Source: Asterias rubens
Lineage: Eukaryota
Direction: 5' to 3'
NCBI RefSeq assembly: GCF_902459465.1
Contig: NC_047064.1
Span: 13,206,001-13,270,000, forward strand
DNA: 64,000 nt
The position numbers and the translations under genes were made by a program. The notes under the pieces were generated by a model. It did not search any database and was not told the DNA's origin. It saw nothing but the letters and a program-made list of their open reading frames with translations. Of this stretch, positions 35,403 to 48,199 are shown piece after piece; within the stretch, counting starts at the first letter, position 1; each line of letters opens with the position of its first letter.

Positions 35403-36905
35403 CAAGGGGAAAATGTAGCACTTTTTCAGATGTGTGGTTTTTCTTTTTTTTTTCCCCCTTAATTGAGGGTTCGCTTCTCAAAATCTCCTTTAGCTTTCGA
35501 ATTTCCTTGATAGAAGGTTAAAGCTGTCACTGAGAGTGAGGAAGAAACGGGTCAATATTGCGTCCAAAACCTGTAGTTGTGTATCTCCTGGGTTGGAACA
35601 TCTGAGTTGTGCTGGGTCTAGAACAAGACAGAACCTACATGTACCCTGAATATCTGTCACACTTCGAGGCTTGTGAATAATGCCAAATTCATAATCACCT
35701 TTAACCTGTCATTATTTCACATGGCTTTCATGGCTCTGGAGATTCACAGTTAAATTTAATGTACATGTGTGTACATTGTAAAGCCAACACCTGTTCTTAT
35801 CCTTGTGAATGGATTAGGACAGGGGACCAGCCTAGAGAGAACCCAACCGCAAGCATTTTATTTTCAGGAATTTTCACATTCGTCAAATCTCATCCCTGAA
35901 TGTGCAGGTATACACTTTTATTCATCCCATACACAGGACCTTTCAAAAAGCAACCTTTGAGAGTTCTTGGTGTACTTTTAACGACCAGTTAATTAGATGA
36001 CATGTTAACATTGACATGTTTTACAAATATAATTGTACAAAATGCTTACATGATACATGTACATTATGTGTACCTGTGCACTTCAGTGAATGTTTGTACC
36101 GGTGTATCAGTGGGAGCCTCCGAACTATAGAGGGCAGGCTTCATCATGTCAGTTCCTTGCATTATTGAGGATGCTTGCATATGGACCAGCTGGATCACTC
36201 GGTGAATTGGATTGTCAGTCAATTAACATGACCACATGAGGCGTGGGCATGTTCATTTACAAATAAGCACTTGATTGGTCTCTGGCCATAGAGGAAGGAA
36301 GCTCCATGGTCAATCTCAATAATAGAGACATGGATTCACACATTTTGTTTTCAAAGTTCTTAAATTCATTTCAAACTGTGTCTTAAAGGTGCATCGTTAT
36401 ACATGTAAGATTGTGTCCAATGTACAATGTAACAACAATATTTTTATCCCTCAAATCCCTCACTCAATGTCTCTATGCGTATATCACAGATTAAATTTAT
36501 TAATTGTAGTTTCGTCTGAGAAATACATTGTACGTGTCACTGGGCAATTTATTTCATTCCTAAAACCATCTTGGCTCCTTTGGAAGTAGTAAGATTATAA
36601 GAGCCATCTTTGCCCTCACAGGTATTCAATTTATCCCTGGTAACAAAACATCATTGTTTCTCACTAAGAAATATTCATGAAGCTTTTAATTTTGCATAAT
36701 TTACAGGTACATGTACATGTACATGTAATCCTAGAGCTAGGAAATGTACTTGTACCCTTGGGTTCAACATGGTTTAACCGCTGTGTGACTCCGGCTCAAT
36801 GGGAAACACTGTTGGCAACATTTTTGACGGTCATGGAATTTGTATCCAGACTATTTCTAATGAAAGTACATCTACATATACTCTGCGAGGAAAGACAAAC
36901 CTTAA

Positions 36906-37150
36906 AGGGCACTTGACATGTTTGGTAATTGAGAATAATGAAAGACAGAAAACCCTTGTTGCACAAAATAATTTGCTCGCTTGTAAATGTATACTATGTA
37001 GTTGCCTTAAAAAGGCTTCAGGTTTGAAGTACTTCAGCAGGAGTCGTTTCTCACAATTTTGTTTACTATCAACAGCTCTCCATTGCTCACTAACAAGTAA
37101 GTTTCTATGCTAACCTTTATTTTGAGTAATTACTAATGTGACCAGTGCCT
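36906..37150 (+). mobile_element. Kolobok-like TTAA MITE, degraded
   Basis: TTAA|agggcacttgacatg ... gaccagtgcct|TTAA. Confidence 0.75.
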
Positions 37151-37569
37151 TTAAGAGAGTGGGGAAAGACGAATCTTAAGAGAGACAGAGAGGAAAAAGT
37201 GGATAATTGGCTCCAGAATCACATCTGGTGACAATTTTCGACTCGTTCCTCCCGTTCAGCCCAAGAAAACAAAACGGTGGCTCTGGAATTACCTTTCGCT
37301 GAACCTATACCCTACTTTTTGAGTATTGATTCGGCTTGGCTGTGCAGTGGCCCTACCCAGTCGATCGAGCCATCACATGGATATATTATATGACTACAGG
37401 GCACTATCCATCATCTATGTATGTCCCACAGAGCAAGGGGAACGGTGTACGTGTGTGTACATGTAAATGATCATATATTCAGAGATGGATTTTTGTAATG
37501 TCGCTTGGGAGTAGGGAGGGAGTGTTTGTCGACGATGGTGAGTTTGATTATAATGTTGTTCGTTGCAGC

Positions 37570-37853
37570 CTGGTTGCGGCCTAAATTCATGGAGCCGCTT
37601 CAGCAGAAATGCTTGACAATTTATTTTGTTGCAGCCTTGGCCCAAAATTCATGGAACTGGTTCAGCAGAAATGCTTGACGATAATTTTGTTTGTAGAGCT
37701 GCTTTTAAAGCAGAAATGCTTGGCAATTTTCTGCTGTGCTGAAATGAGGAGGCTATCAGTCACAGATGGTATATGTGGGATATCAGTTTTGGTTGATAAG
37801 GGTCTGGTGCTGTGCTTACAACTGTATCTGCTTTGAGTTCTATGAAATTGGGC
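37570..37853. mobile_element. Harbinger-like MITE with reiterated left end
   Basis: cagcagaaatgcttg occurs three times; right end ctatgaaattgggcc. Confidence 0.6.
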
Positions 37854-38104
37854 CCTTTATTAGAGCTGCATAAGTGTATAGTTGCTCAGTAAATTTATTC
37901 AAAGTAGACTGGAATGAAATGTTGTTTCAAGTGCAGTTTGTTTGTGATAAGATCTGGACTCAAATTCTCCATCATCAATCCATAGATGACCTTTGACCTC
38001 TCAGGACCCATCCCTCTAGGCACATACATGTATTGTGTGTGGGTGCGTGCTGCTCCTTGTCGAGATATACATCTTAACCCAGCCATGGTCACGCTCTATG
38101 TCCC

Positions 38105-38228
38105 TTTTTGAAACCACAGCTTCGGCTTTGGATTCGGCTTCAGGCTCGGCCCTCTTGTCTGAAGCATAGCATGCACAATATTGCAAAACCAGCCGCGGGG
38201 CCAAGCTAGCCTGAGCCGAATCCAAAGG
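38105..38228. mobile_element. Palindromic MITE fragment
   Basis: tttggattcggct..aggct ... agcctgagccgaatccaaa. Confidence 0.6.
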
Positions 38229-38414
38229 AGAAGAGCCCCTGAATTCTGAAACTCTTCAACCTACTTTTCAGAATGTTTTTCGTTTTCTCCCAACCAATGG
38301 GGAGCGAAAATTCTTTGGCTTGTTGAGTCTTTGCTGCAGTTCTCATCATCAGATGTCATATGTTGGGCTCCAGGATGTGTATTTGTGTATTCTGCCAGAA
38401 GCCGATTTTTGTTT

Positions 38415-38995
38415 GTGTGTTATTCTTGGGCTTAGCACTGTCTTCTTAGACTGTTAGGGTCTGAATTTGTGTACATATACACTGAGCGCTGTTTAATGGT
38501 TTAACAAGGAGCGTCTTAAAAAAACAGATGATGTTAAAGGTCCTGGGTGAGATTGCTCTGTTCTGAAGTGGAGTATGAGTAGAATTTTAAATTTTACTGA
38601 CGGAATATTTTTTTTTTTTGCTTATTCTTTGGCTTAGTGCTGTGTTCTTTGGATCTAAATGTCGGAGCAGTGTTTAATGGTTTTTGTTTTTAAAGACGCT
38701 CCTTGTTTAAACAAGGAGCGTCTTTAAAAATAGAAGCTGTCAAAGGTTCTGGTAGAGATTGCTCTGTCCTGAAGTGAAGTACGAGTACAAATTCAAGTTT
38801 TACTGGCGGAGTTTTTTTCTTTGAGTGCTTATTCTTGGGCTTAGTGCTGGGTTCCTAGGATCTGAAATGTGTGTTACATACACTGAGCGTTGCTTAATGG
38901 TTTAACAAGGAGCGTCTTTAAAAAAAACAGATCCTGTTAAAGGTCCTGGGTGAGATTGCTGTACTCTGAAGTGGAAGATAAGTAGAAATTACATT
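38415..38995. repeat. Three diverged tandem units of about 200 bp with a perfect 44-bp palindrome in unit 2
   Basis: ttattctt(g/t)ggcttag...aacaaggagcgtctt...aaagg(t)c.tgg...gagattgct...ctgaagtg occurs three times; palindrome at 38687-38730. Confidence 0.9.
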
Positions 38996-39664
38996 TGAAC
39001 AGGTTATGTACATGTTTGTATATACAACCATAGTCCAATAGTTTGAGTTAAAGGTTATGGTGATGGATTTTATTTGTGTGAGGGAGGAGCCAAGGAAATC
39101 ACTCTAGAGTTACATACTCTGGTACATTATGAGTGGTAAAGTTTACTTGCAATGTACATATGTAACACAAAAAACTTTGTTTAGAACATATTAGCACAGT
39201 GCAAATCAAAATCTTATAGAATGCTCAATTATTTATTCATTAATTTTTTTATTTTCATTAAGGGAGATATCTAGCAACATACATGTATTTGTGCTCGCAC
39301 AATCTCAAAATAAATATATAGCTTACAATGCACATTCATGTGCAGTACATACAATGTAGCCTTGTTTGACGATTTAAATTTTTGTACAAACCGATGATGG
39401 AAAGTTGTAGGATTGCACTTTTCCCTTTTTGCTTCATAAACCCCGAGGCAAAGGATCTAAAGATTTGCTAGATGATCTGAGCTATCCTTGCATCTTGTGG
39501 GCACACCCTTCAGATTCATTGTCAACCATAACACAGGTACACTACCTGACAGGCTCTGACTCTGAGCTCTTAGCATCTCCTGTGCGGTGATATCGTATTC
39601 CCACCTGGAGGGGTGCCTTCTCCCTGCTACCCCCACCTCTTCCCTCCTCTGCCAATTACTCTAA

Positions 39665-40020
39665 AGGCACTGGACACTATTGGTAATTGTCAAAGACCAG
39701 TCTTCTTACATGAACTTGATGTATTTCAATGTATCCATTAGATATCTGTGAAAATTTGGACTCAATTGGTCATCAAAATTGCATGAGAAAAATGAAAGGA
39801 AAAAAAGCACCCTTGTTGCACAAATGTGTGTGCTTTCAGATGTCTTATAAAAGGCTTCAGGCCTGAAGATTTTTAATATTTGATTGAGAAATTACCTCTT
39901 TCTCAAAAACTTGTTTACTTCCGAGGGAGCCGTTTCTCACAATGTTTTATACTGTTAACAGCTGTCCATTGCTCGTAACCACGTAAGTTGTTATGCTAAT
40001 ATTTATAGTGTCCTGAGCCT
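39665..40020 (+). mobile_element. Kolobok-like TTAA MITE (family A)
   Basis: aggcactggacactattggtaatt ... gtgtcctgagcct|TTAA. Confidence 0.85.
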
Positions 40021-40380
40021 TTAAGAAGTACTGTCTTCTGAACTTGAGGATCATGGAAGACCCAGATTGATTAGTTTGCCCGAGGGTGATTTCTGAATTC
40101 CAAAATGCCATGGCTTGTGATTTAGCCCAGGGTTTCCTCCTGTTTTCAGGATTTTCTCAATTGAACCTTCAGATAAAAAATTTAAAAAAACAGTCGGCAT
40201 AGGGGTGTGTAGTGCAAGTATTTCTGGTGATGCAAAGAGTCTGGTAGTTGGTCCTCCGGAGGCAAGTCCCAGAGATGGCTTTCCAAAGAGTCTGTAAATC
40301 ACCTCAGATGTAAGATTTTTGAGGTTCAAAACCAGGCCAATTTCTCTTGTTATATTGATAAATCCGTACAGTTATTGCTA

Positions 40381-40665
40381 ACCACAATTACAAGAGCTTC
40401 TTCCATTTTGTATGGTAAAAGATTATTTTCTTATGCTGCTCCATTTCTTTGGAATAGTCTTCCTTTGCATATAACTACCCGCAGGCTAGTTCTTTACGCT
40501 GTTTTAAGTCTCTGTTAAAAACTCATTTGTTTGAAGCTGCTTATGTGTAATCTGCATACTTGTAGTCTTCACTCATTGTGTATTTTATTGATTCTCTTTA
40601 TACACTTAGAGGCTTTTGCATTAGGCGCTTCACAAACATGTCTTTACTAATATTAATATTATTAT
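40381..40665 (+). mobile_element. L2/CR1-clade LINE 3' fragment
   Basis: Translates YGKRLFSYAAPFLWNSLPLHI, a frameshift, then ASSLRCFKSLLKTHLFEAAY*, the typical L2 ORF2 C-terminus; attattat tail. Confidence 0.85.
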
Positions 40666-41212
40666 CTGTCTTTTTTTTTACCAATGTGCATTATTGTACT
40701 TTTTATCTTCACTTTGAAATGAAATAAATATGAATACGTAAATAACATGTACCCCAGAATCACCCTAGCAAGTCAAACCATATTTTCTACATGAACGTCA
40801 AATTATTATTATTAGTTCTTGGGACAATTTTATAAACTTCCTGTCCTGCAGCTTGAGTTTCCTAAGACATTATTGAGCAGGACGCGCCATCCCATCTCGC
40901 CCCAATGCATTTCCCACAAGTGCCCCCAAGAGAACGTATTTACCCTTGTGTTGCGGCAAGCGCCAAAAAAAGAAGAAGCTTAGAAGCACCATTGGTCCCT
41001 CACAGTATCGGATTGCCTTGCTCAGCAGTGATGCTTGGCCTGACAATTATCTCATTACCTATTCCAGCTTTTTAGTAGTTGTACATATTATTTGTAGTCA
41101 TGTACACTACATGGTACATCACACATATCTTTATTGTATGTAACACCTACAAAGGATTGCCTCCTTAGAAGGTCCCACAAGGTGACTAGTGATAATTGAT
41201 TTATTGAATTAA

Positions 41213-41412
41213 AGGCACTAGATGCTATTGTTAATTACTCAAACTAATTGGTAATAACTCCCTCCCCCCCCCCCCCAGTATTATTCTCTTCCAACTTCCA
41301 TGACCAATCAAGTCAAAATTTACACAGGTTTGTTATTTGAATTTGATGCACATGTTCGGGATACACTAAGTGAGGATACTGGTCTTTGACAGTTACCCAA
41401 GGTGTCCAGCCT
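41213..41412 (-). mobile_element. Kolobok-like TTAA MITE, degraded
   Basis: TTAA|aggcacta... ggtgtccagcct|TTAA. Confidence 0.75.
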
Positions 41413-42735
41413 TTAAAGGGGAGGGATTGGTTTGGTAATTACTTTAAAAGAAAATGCAATAACAACTTATGGTTAGAAGCCTACATCAGCTTTCAAAAGG
41501 ATTTCAGGATTATTTCACTTTCAATTGATGTAGTTAATTGAGTAAAGATATTTTAAAAAAATTCCCAAATAGGCATTATTTTTAGTTAAGTTTCTCAGAA
41601 AGCGTGTGTATTCCTATTATGAATTATTTTCCTGCGTGGGTGTATTCGGCAATATCTTGAAAAAGTGACCACATTTTGCAATGAAATGTTCACATGCTCC
41701 AGCGCTCCCCCAATACAACGAACACCATTGATTACGGTACTTACAGTACACATGATGCAAGATGCACTTGTTAATTTTGTCACTTATTAGGATAATCCCC
41801 CTACAGCCCAATATGGGTGTTTAAAAACCCTACAAATCATCTACACGGATTCATAACCTTGATGGAACTAGGCATTTGATCAAATATTGGCAAGATTTTT
41901 TCTCTCCAAGAAATGATGATGGTTGGAGTCATGCTGACCTCTCCACATATCAGATTAGTAACAGACACAAACACCTGTGACTGCCATGGTGTTTGCACTG
42001 CCAGCAGAACAATATCAAAATATAAGCATTTGAATATTATGGGACTTGACAGTGATGGTGTGAGTGTACAGTTACACCAACTTGCAACTCCAGCAATAAA
42101 ACAAAGCCCTTGGGCACTAAGGGGGGGGGGGAGGTAGGATTTATAAGTGTCAATAATATTACAAGTTGCACCTAGGACACCGGTGAATCTGTCAGTTGGC
42201 TTTTGACATGATTATATCTGAATACAAAACAGGCACTTGTTTCGTTTCCCCCATGTACTGATGTACAAAATTCTGATATTGCATATTTTGAACGCATATG
42301 GCAGGTCAGCCAATATTGCCCATGGCATCTTTTGTTATGGATGTGGTTCTCTTTTTCGCTCTTGCTTGACTCTCTCTTGGGGCAAGAAGGTCTTTCATTT
42401 GACTTTGGATGCAGTGGGACCATCAAGGAATCGATGACAGGAAGGGCCTAGAGGGTATACACACCATTTGCAATTACATGACCTTTTCTCTTCAGTGTTG
42501 TGTATCTCCCCCCCCCCCCCCTCTCTATTTTTTCATCAGGGTTTGGGGGGTAGGGGATTGCTTCTGTTCACCTGAAGAACTAGTTCGGAGTCTGTAATTT
42601 TGATTCATGGCATGTCACAATGCTTTTCCAAAGGTGTTTATGAATACGGTGCTCTTTACTAAAAGCTTTGCACATCTTTACTCGCTGAACTTCACTGGCG
42701 CTACATACAAATTAACAAATGGATTGTCTTTGTTA

Positions 42736-42885
42736 CAGGCCTGATATTTCACGTAGGCAACGAAGGCGATGCCTCCAGTCCCCCTGGTCATTGCCTTGGT
42801 GCCCTTGAAATGCTCCAGAAAAATTTACAATTTCTCAGTCATAGGGTGCCCTTTACCAAGGAGAAAATGCCTTGGTGGCCTTTCA
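42736..42885 (-). mobile_element. CAGGCCTG-ended MITE copy
   Basis: caggcctgata...ggtcattgccttggtgcccttgaaatgctccag. Confidence 0.8.
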
Positions 42886-43634
42886 GAAATATAGCATTAC
42901 AGATCTGCTTAAAGATACGCACTCAACATGTGCAAAACCTTGTTCAACAAGTTCCCATCTTGCATATTTCTCGACCGCAGCAGAAAGTTCTCGAATGCAA
43001 CAAGCCCAAACAACAAAAGTCTCCACTTGGAGGCCAATTAGGTCATCCCTTTCAATCAAAAAATGTGATTAAACAGCCTGAAAAGTGTTCTAAATCCTAC
43101 ACCATGTGAATGTAGCTTAGCCCTTGTACTCAATAAATGTTCCTACATTTTTCCCAAGGACTAAATACCATGCCTGCAATCAGCAAATTGATTGTATGAC
43201 ATTTAGGCCTACATTTTGAATGCCTGCTGACTGGCTCCCTGAACACGGGTCAAGCAAAAGTAGTTCATTAATGGTTGCATATTTTTGCTCTCGAGGAAGA
43301 AAGTATTTTTCAGCACCTCACGGAATGACTGATGAGGTTTCTCTGTCAACACCTCGTAATATCTAGCTCAGTTTGTTTCTTATCCCCTAATGTCCCTAAT
43401 GTAGGAATTCAATGCCGTGATACTAAGAAATCACATTGGTTGAGTCATTCTGGAATAATTGCTTGGCAGCGTCGCCTCATCATATTGCAGTTTACACGTA
43501 GCATCATTCATCAATTTTAGACCCCTTATTACACCAGCGTCATGCTGGGGCTTTGACCACAAATTTTTAAATCAAAACTGTAGGCATTTTGAAGAGGACT
43601 TCAAAATGGTAGACCAGACTCCATTGTGGCTGAA

Positions 43635-43872
43635 CAGAGACCATTCAAGTCCAGAGACCATTCAAGTCCAGAGACCATTCAAGTCCAGAGACTATTCAAG
43701 TCCAGAGACCATTCAAGTCCAGAGACCATTCAAGTCCAGAGACCATTCAAGTCCAGAGACTATTCAAGTCCAGAGACCATTCAAGTCCAGAGACTATTCA
43801 AGTCCAGAGACCATTCAAGTCCAGAGACTATTCAAGTCCAGAGACCATTCAAGTCCAGAGACCATTCAAATC
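43635..43872. repeat. 17-bp minisatellite x14 (CAGAGAC[C/T]ATTCAAGTC)
   Basis: Head-to-tail units with no spacers; T variant at units 4, 8, 10 and 12. Confidence 0.97.
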
Positions 43873-44338
43873 TCGATAGTGCGTGCTGTATTGAATAGAG
43901 GAGAGGAGGCCTGGGTGGATTTCATGAAGATTTATGATTAATTTTTTTCAGATGAGTTGCCATGATTGTCATAAAGTCACACTTTGCTTAGCAATTAAGA
44001 TTCATGCACATAAGATTCATGCATGTATGCATTTTAACCCTGTAATCATTTGATTTGGCTAGCTGCCAAAGGCGCTCTCGCATGCCAGGTTCTTGAAACA
44101 CGTTGTCACAGCATCCTTCACAAGTCAGCTTCTCATCTGCGAGTAAGGATGGCTAGCCTCACAAATTATTATAAACTGGTAATGGAGACCATGGAGTGTA
44201 ACAGAGATCCTCGCCTTCATTGCCCCGGTCTAGGCCTTGGTGCCTCTTGAAAACGCCCCTCCAGATTTCCCACTAATGGGAGCGACCTTCTTCACATGGC
44301 CTTGCCCATACACAGTTCTGACTGAAATTACAGTCCAG

Positions 44339-44537
44339 AGCCCAATTTCATAGAGCTGCTTTTAAAAGCGGAAAATATTGCTTACCAAATCTCTGCTAAG
44401 CAGAAATGAGCAGGTTACCAGTGATAAATTGTACTTGTGACATGGTAATTTTGCTGGTAAACTACATTCTGGGAAGCGTAACTTTTGTTGTGCTTAGCTA
44501 CTTTTTGTGCTTAAAAGCAGATCTATGAAATCAAGCC
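44339..44537. mobile_element. Harbinger-like MITE with CWG flanks
   Basis: cag|agcccaatttcatagagctgct ... agcagatctatgaaatcaagcc|ctg. Confidence 0.75.
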
Positions 44538-44740
44538 CTGGTTTGAGGCAACTTACTTCCAGGTATGACATGAGCTTACCCATGTTCCATGCATCATCTC
44601 TGGGTCCAATTACTAGATTCGTAAAGGGCGTTCACTCGTTTACTCGCTGTGTAGGAATTATAGTTTGTTCCAAGTGGCTACAGTGCTGGCAGACAGCCGT
44701 AATTTGACTCTCAACTTCAGAACATGCAAACAATAGTTAA

Positions 44741-44869
44741 TGGCCTAATGTTTTGATCCTAGCAGAGTCTTTCTCAAAGGCTACATGACAACAAAGCAAA
44801 CATGGTTCATGTTTGTTGTGTTGTTCGAGACAGACTCTGCTACACATGTAGGGTCGAAATGTCTGGCCA
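44741..44869. ncRNA. Inverted pair of decayed hammerhead-ribozyme-like motifs
   Basis: Minus copy AGCCU-UUGAGAA-A-GACUCU(GCU)AGGAUC-AAAACAUU-AGGC; plus copy UCGAGAC-A-GACUCUGCUA[CACAUGUA]GGGUC-GAAAUGUC-UGGC. Confidence 0.5.
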
Positions 44870-45540
44870 TTTGCGTTTTTTTCCAGGTACTTTATTGGTT
44901 GGTAAGCAGTTTGTAACAGCTAATTCTATTTTCTCAACATGTCGGTAAACATGACGCTTGCTGCAGGTTTGCTGGTTTGCGAATCATGGTACCAATGGTA
45001 GTATTTCATCCCTAAACGAAGTCTATTGGAGAAATATTATTAGTTTATAATCATCCTTGCTCATACACCATGTACATGTAGATACATTACATGTACACTG
45101 TAATGTACACCCCACTGCCTGCTCGGTTAATTTTTTAGTGTTTGTATTGTGGAATATCAGGTACTAGGAGTGAAAATCAGACAAATAATCCACGCCCGAA
45201 ACCCCCAGAAAATAATTCAACTGAACATTAACTTCTGTTTCATTTTTATACGTTTTAATAAGGTATTTCCATGAAATGAGACATTCCTATCAAACAGTAA
45301 ATCAATTTTAGTCACTGCACTGTATCTAATGACAGTCATCAATCAAGTCATTTAATACCAAAGCTACATTATGGAAGCTGTCAGGATATTAAAAACATAA
45401 TAACCTGCATTGGGCCGCCTTGCAAATTACCTGTGATTGTACATCTAATTTAGATTGTCGCTTTCAATTCCAAATTCTGGGCTCTCTTCCACTGCCACAC
45501 AATTCAATGCATACATGTACATGTAGGTCCCATCTATTAA

Positions 45541-46037
45541 AGGCACTGGACACCTTTGGTAGTCATAGATCAGTATCCTCCATGTCCTCACTTGCAAATA
45601 TCCCAACATACTGTACAAGTACAAGTATGCTTCAAACAACAAATCTGTTAATTTTCAATAATGAAAGAAAAACACCCTTGTTGCACAATTGTGTGTGCTT
45701 TAAGCTATTTTTTAATAGTTGAGTGAGAAATTATACCTCAATAAACTGTGTTACGTCAGAGGGAGCTGTTTCTCAAAATTTATACTATCAACAGCTCTCC
45801 ATTGCTCGTCGTTTTATGCTAACAATTAGCATGAGTAATTGAGTAATTACCAATAGTGTCCAGTGTTTTTAAATGCAATGGACACTCAATATTTTTCTTT
45901 AATTTTGTTGTTGTTGCAATTTTGATGACCAATTGAGTCCAAATTTTCACAGATTTGTTATTTTATGCATATATTATGTTGAGATACACCAAGTAAGAAT
46001 ACTCATCTTTGACAATTACCAGAGGTGTCCAGTGTCT
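45541..46037. mobile_element. Two adjacent Kolobok-like MITEs (45541-45868 and 45873-46037) sharing one TTAA
   Basis: TTAA at 45537, 45869 and 46038. Confidence 0.8.
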
Positions 46038-46269
46038 TTAAATGGGGGCGATGATCAGTGAGGTTGATCAGATCTTGTATATCGGCAACAATAATAAGTG
46101 TGTCAGCCTGGCCAGAGATTGGCACCCTGTTGTTAAGATAACAATGTAGTAGTTATCCATCCAATCGCCTGCAGGCCTGCGGGGAATACAAATCCCATTG
46201 TCACAAAACACAGAGGCTCAAACAGAGGATGAATTCAATGGGGCGATATAACAGCTGGTATTGACAAGA

Positions 46270-46660
46270 CTTATTCAATTTATGATGACAATGAATGCAT
46301 GACTGAGGAATATTACTCAATCTTTCTTTCTCTCCTCTACCTCCCCCGTCTCCCCCATGTGGAGAGGTAAATGAGAAAATCGCAGAAAGGATTAAAAGTT
46401 TGTTTTCATAGAGGATGACACACGAATACCAAGATACCATTCTATGCTTATTTTGTATTTGTAGGAAAATTTGGTGTCAATTTTTTATGATGACAATGAA
46501 TGCATGAGGAATAATATTACCCATAATCACTCTCTCCCAGCCCCTCCCCCTCCCATGTGGAGAAGGGAATGAGAAAAAGGCTGAGAGGATTTAAGTTTGT
46601 TTTCATAAATGATGACACACCAAGAAAGGATTTTATGCATATTTTGTATTTTGAGGCAAC
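46270..46660. repeat. Diverged tandem duplication, about 210-bp unit
   Basis: ttatgatgacaatgaatgcatga...cccatgtggaga...aagtttgttttcata...gatgacacac...ttttgtattt occurs twice. Confidence 0.85.
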
Positions 46661-47084
46661 AATTTTTTTTTTTTCATGTTAGTTTGTTGGATGCAGTGAT
46701 CAATAAAGCAGTTACATCTTTGTTGCTGAAGCAGTGTAAAAATTTTTTTATATAGATGAACCCAAATAAAGACATTTTTGTGATGAATCCCCCAGGCCAA
46801 GCAGCAGCGACTTAAGTACCGATTAGCGACTCTAAAACATGTGACTGTTGACCCCAATTGACCCCTGCCTGTGATCTTTGACCTTGTGTGCAATCATTCT
46901 GCACCATGCCTTGGTTATAGCACCCATGAGGGCCCCATACATCTCAACACAGCTTTTTTTTTTACATAAATAGTAACACCAATTGAAAAGAAATGGTTAT
47001 GACAGTGTTATGATTGTTTCCCTGTGGTTTAACCAGGGTTAGTTGTTCAGGTGTGAACAGGAGACCCCAGTTTCTTTGGAAATG

Positions 47085-47215
47085 CTTGTAGTGTGAAAGG
47101 GACTTATGAGGGCAACTTTAATTTCCAATGGGGGCACTTCAAAGGGCACCAAGACAATGTTCATGGGCACGTACATTTAGGCAGCTACCTTCATTGCCTT
47201 TATTGCCTTTGTGAA
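47085..47215 (+). mobile_element. CAGGCCTG-family MITE, degraded
   Basis: aagggcaccaagacaatg core. Confidence 0.55.
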
Positions 47216-47412
47216 ATCCCTTTAATCTCTTTTTCCCATTAAATCAGAGCTGCCAACCTCTTTGTGATTCTGTCAAAAGTTCTCTGAAATCAACCAATCT
47301 TTCCATGTTTGAATGAACAAATTTGCCAATCTCCCCTATTGTGGAATCGCTGTCCCAATTATGTCGAATGTAATTTGAAATATCATCCTGATTGTTTTAA
47401 ACAATCTCCCTG

Positions 47413-47595
47413 GTCCACATTTCATAAAGCCTGTTAGCACACACAAATTGCTAAGCGGGGACTAGTATTGCTTAGAAGAAACAGGTTACCAACCAAATTG
47501 TTGCCTTGTCAAGGCTTGTGCCTGACCAAAGTTGTGCCTAGCAAATAAACTTGTCACGTAGTTTTTTCTGTTTAAAAGCTTTATGAAATTGGGCC
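47413..47595. mobile_element. Harbinger-like MITE with CTG TSD
   Basis: ctg|gtccacatttcataaagc ... gctttatgaaattgggcc|ctg. Confidence 0.75.
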
Positions 47596-48199
47596 CTGAT
47601 TGCAAGAAGCTTGGCATCTCTGGTGTCCCAAAGATATTCTGTTATTTTAACCAACAAATATTGTTTGGGCCTTCAGCACTTTGGGTGGAAGTAATTAATA
47701 AATTTCCAATAATCTCCATAATCACTGTTTACATATCAGACATTCTTCCACAATCGTAACAAATGTCGGAAAGTGGCCATTGATTACTGTTTACACAAAA
47801 GGAGTAATTAAATTTGCCACCATCCCATCATCCTGAGAGTAAAAAACCTGCTCGGCAATCATCCACGTCGAGAGGAGACAAAAAAATTAAGATGATTGTG
47901 CCGTGTGCATTTTACGAATGCAAGGAGCAATGGGCGCACCTATATCTTTCTCTTGTTGCATAGTCAATGTAATGAATACTTAGCAGTCAGTTTTGCATTT
48001 CATGCGCAACTAAAGAAATTGATTCACATCGATGAGAGTCAGATGTTCATGTATTATTCACTACTCTTATAGTCTCTCTTAATATACATTGAACAACCCC
48101 CCCCCCCCCCCCATTGATGCTCTACTCGCTGTGAGATGTTCTGCTATGTGTGTGTGTGTGTGTATGTTTGTTAGAGGTAATTCATTATGCTGACTAGCA

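Noticed and set aside
37155-37322. ETERKKW frame as APC exon 4
   Set aside because: No pyrimidine-tract acceptor, poor similarity beyond the W, and it ends in a stop.
43635-43872. CRISPR-like array, and the 160-aa and 90-aa ORFs across it
   Set aside because: Units are head-to-tail with no spacers, the context is eukaryotic, and there are no cas genes. The ORFs are a by-product of a stop-free 17-mer.
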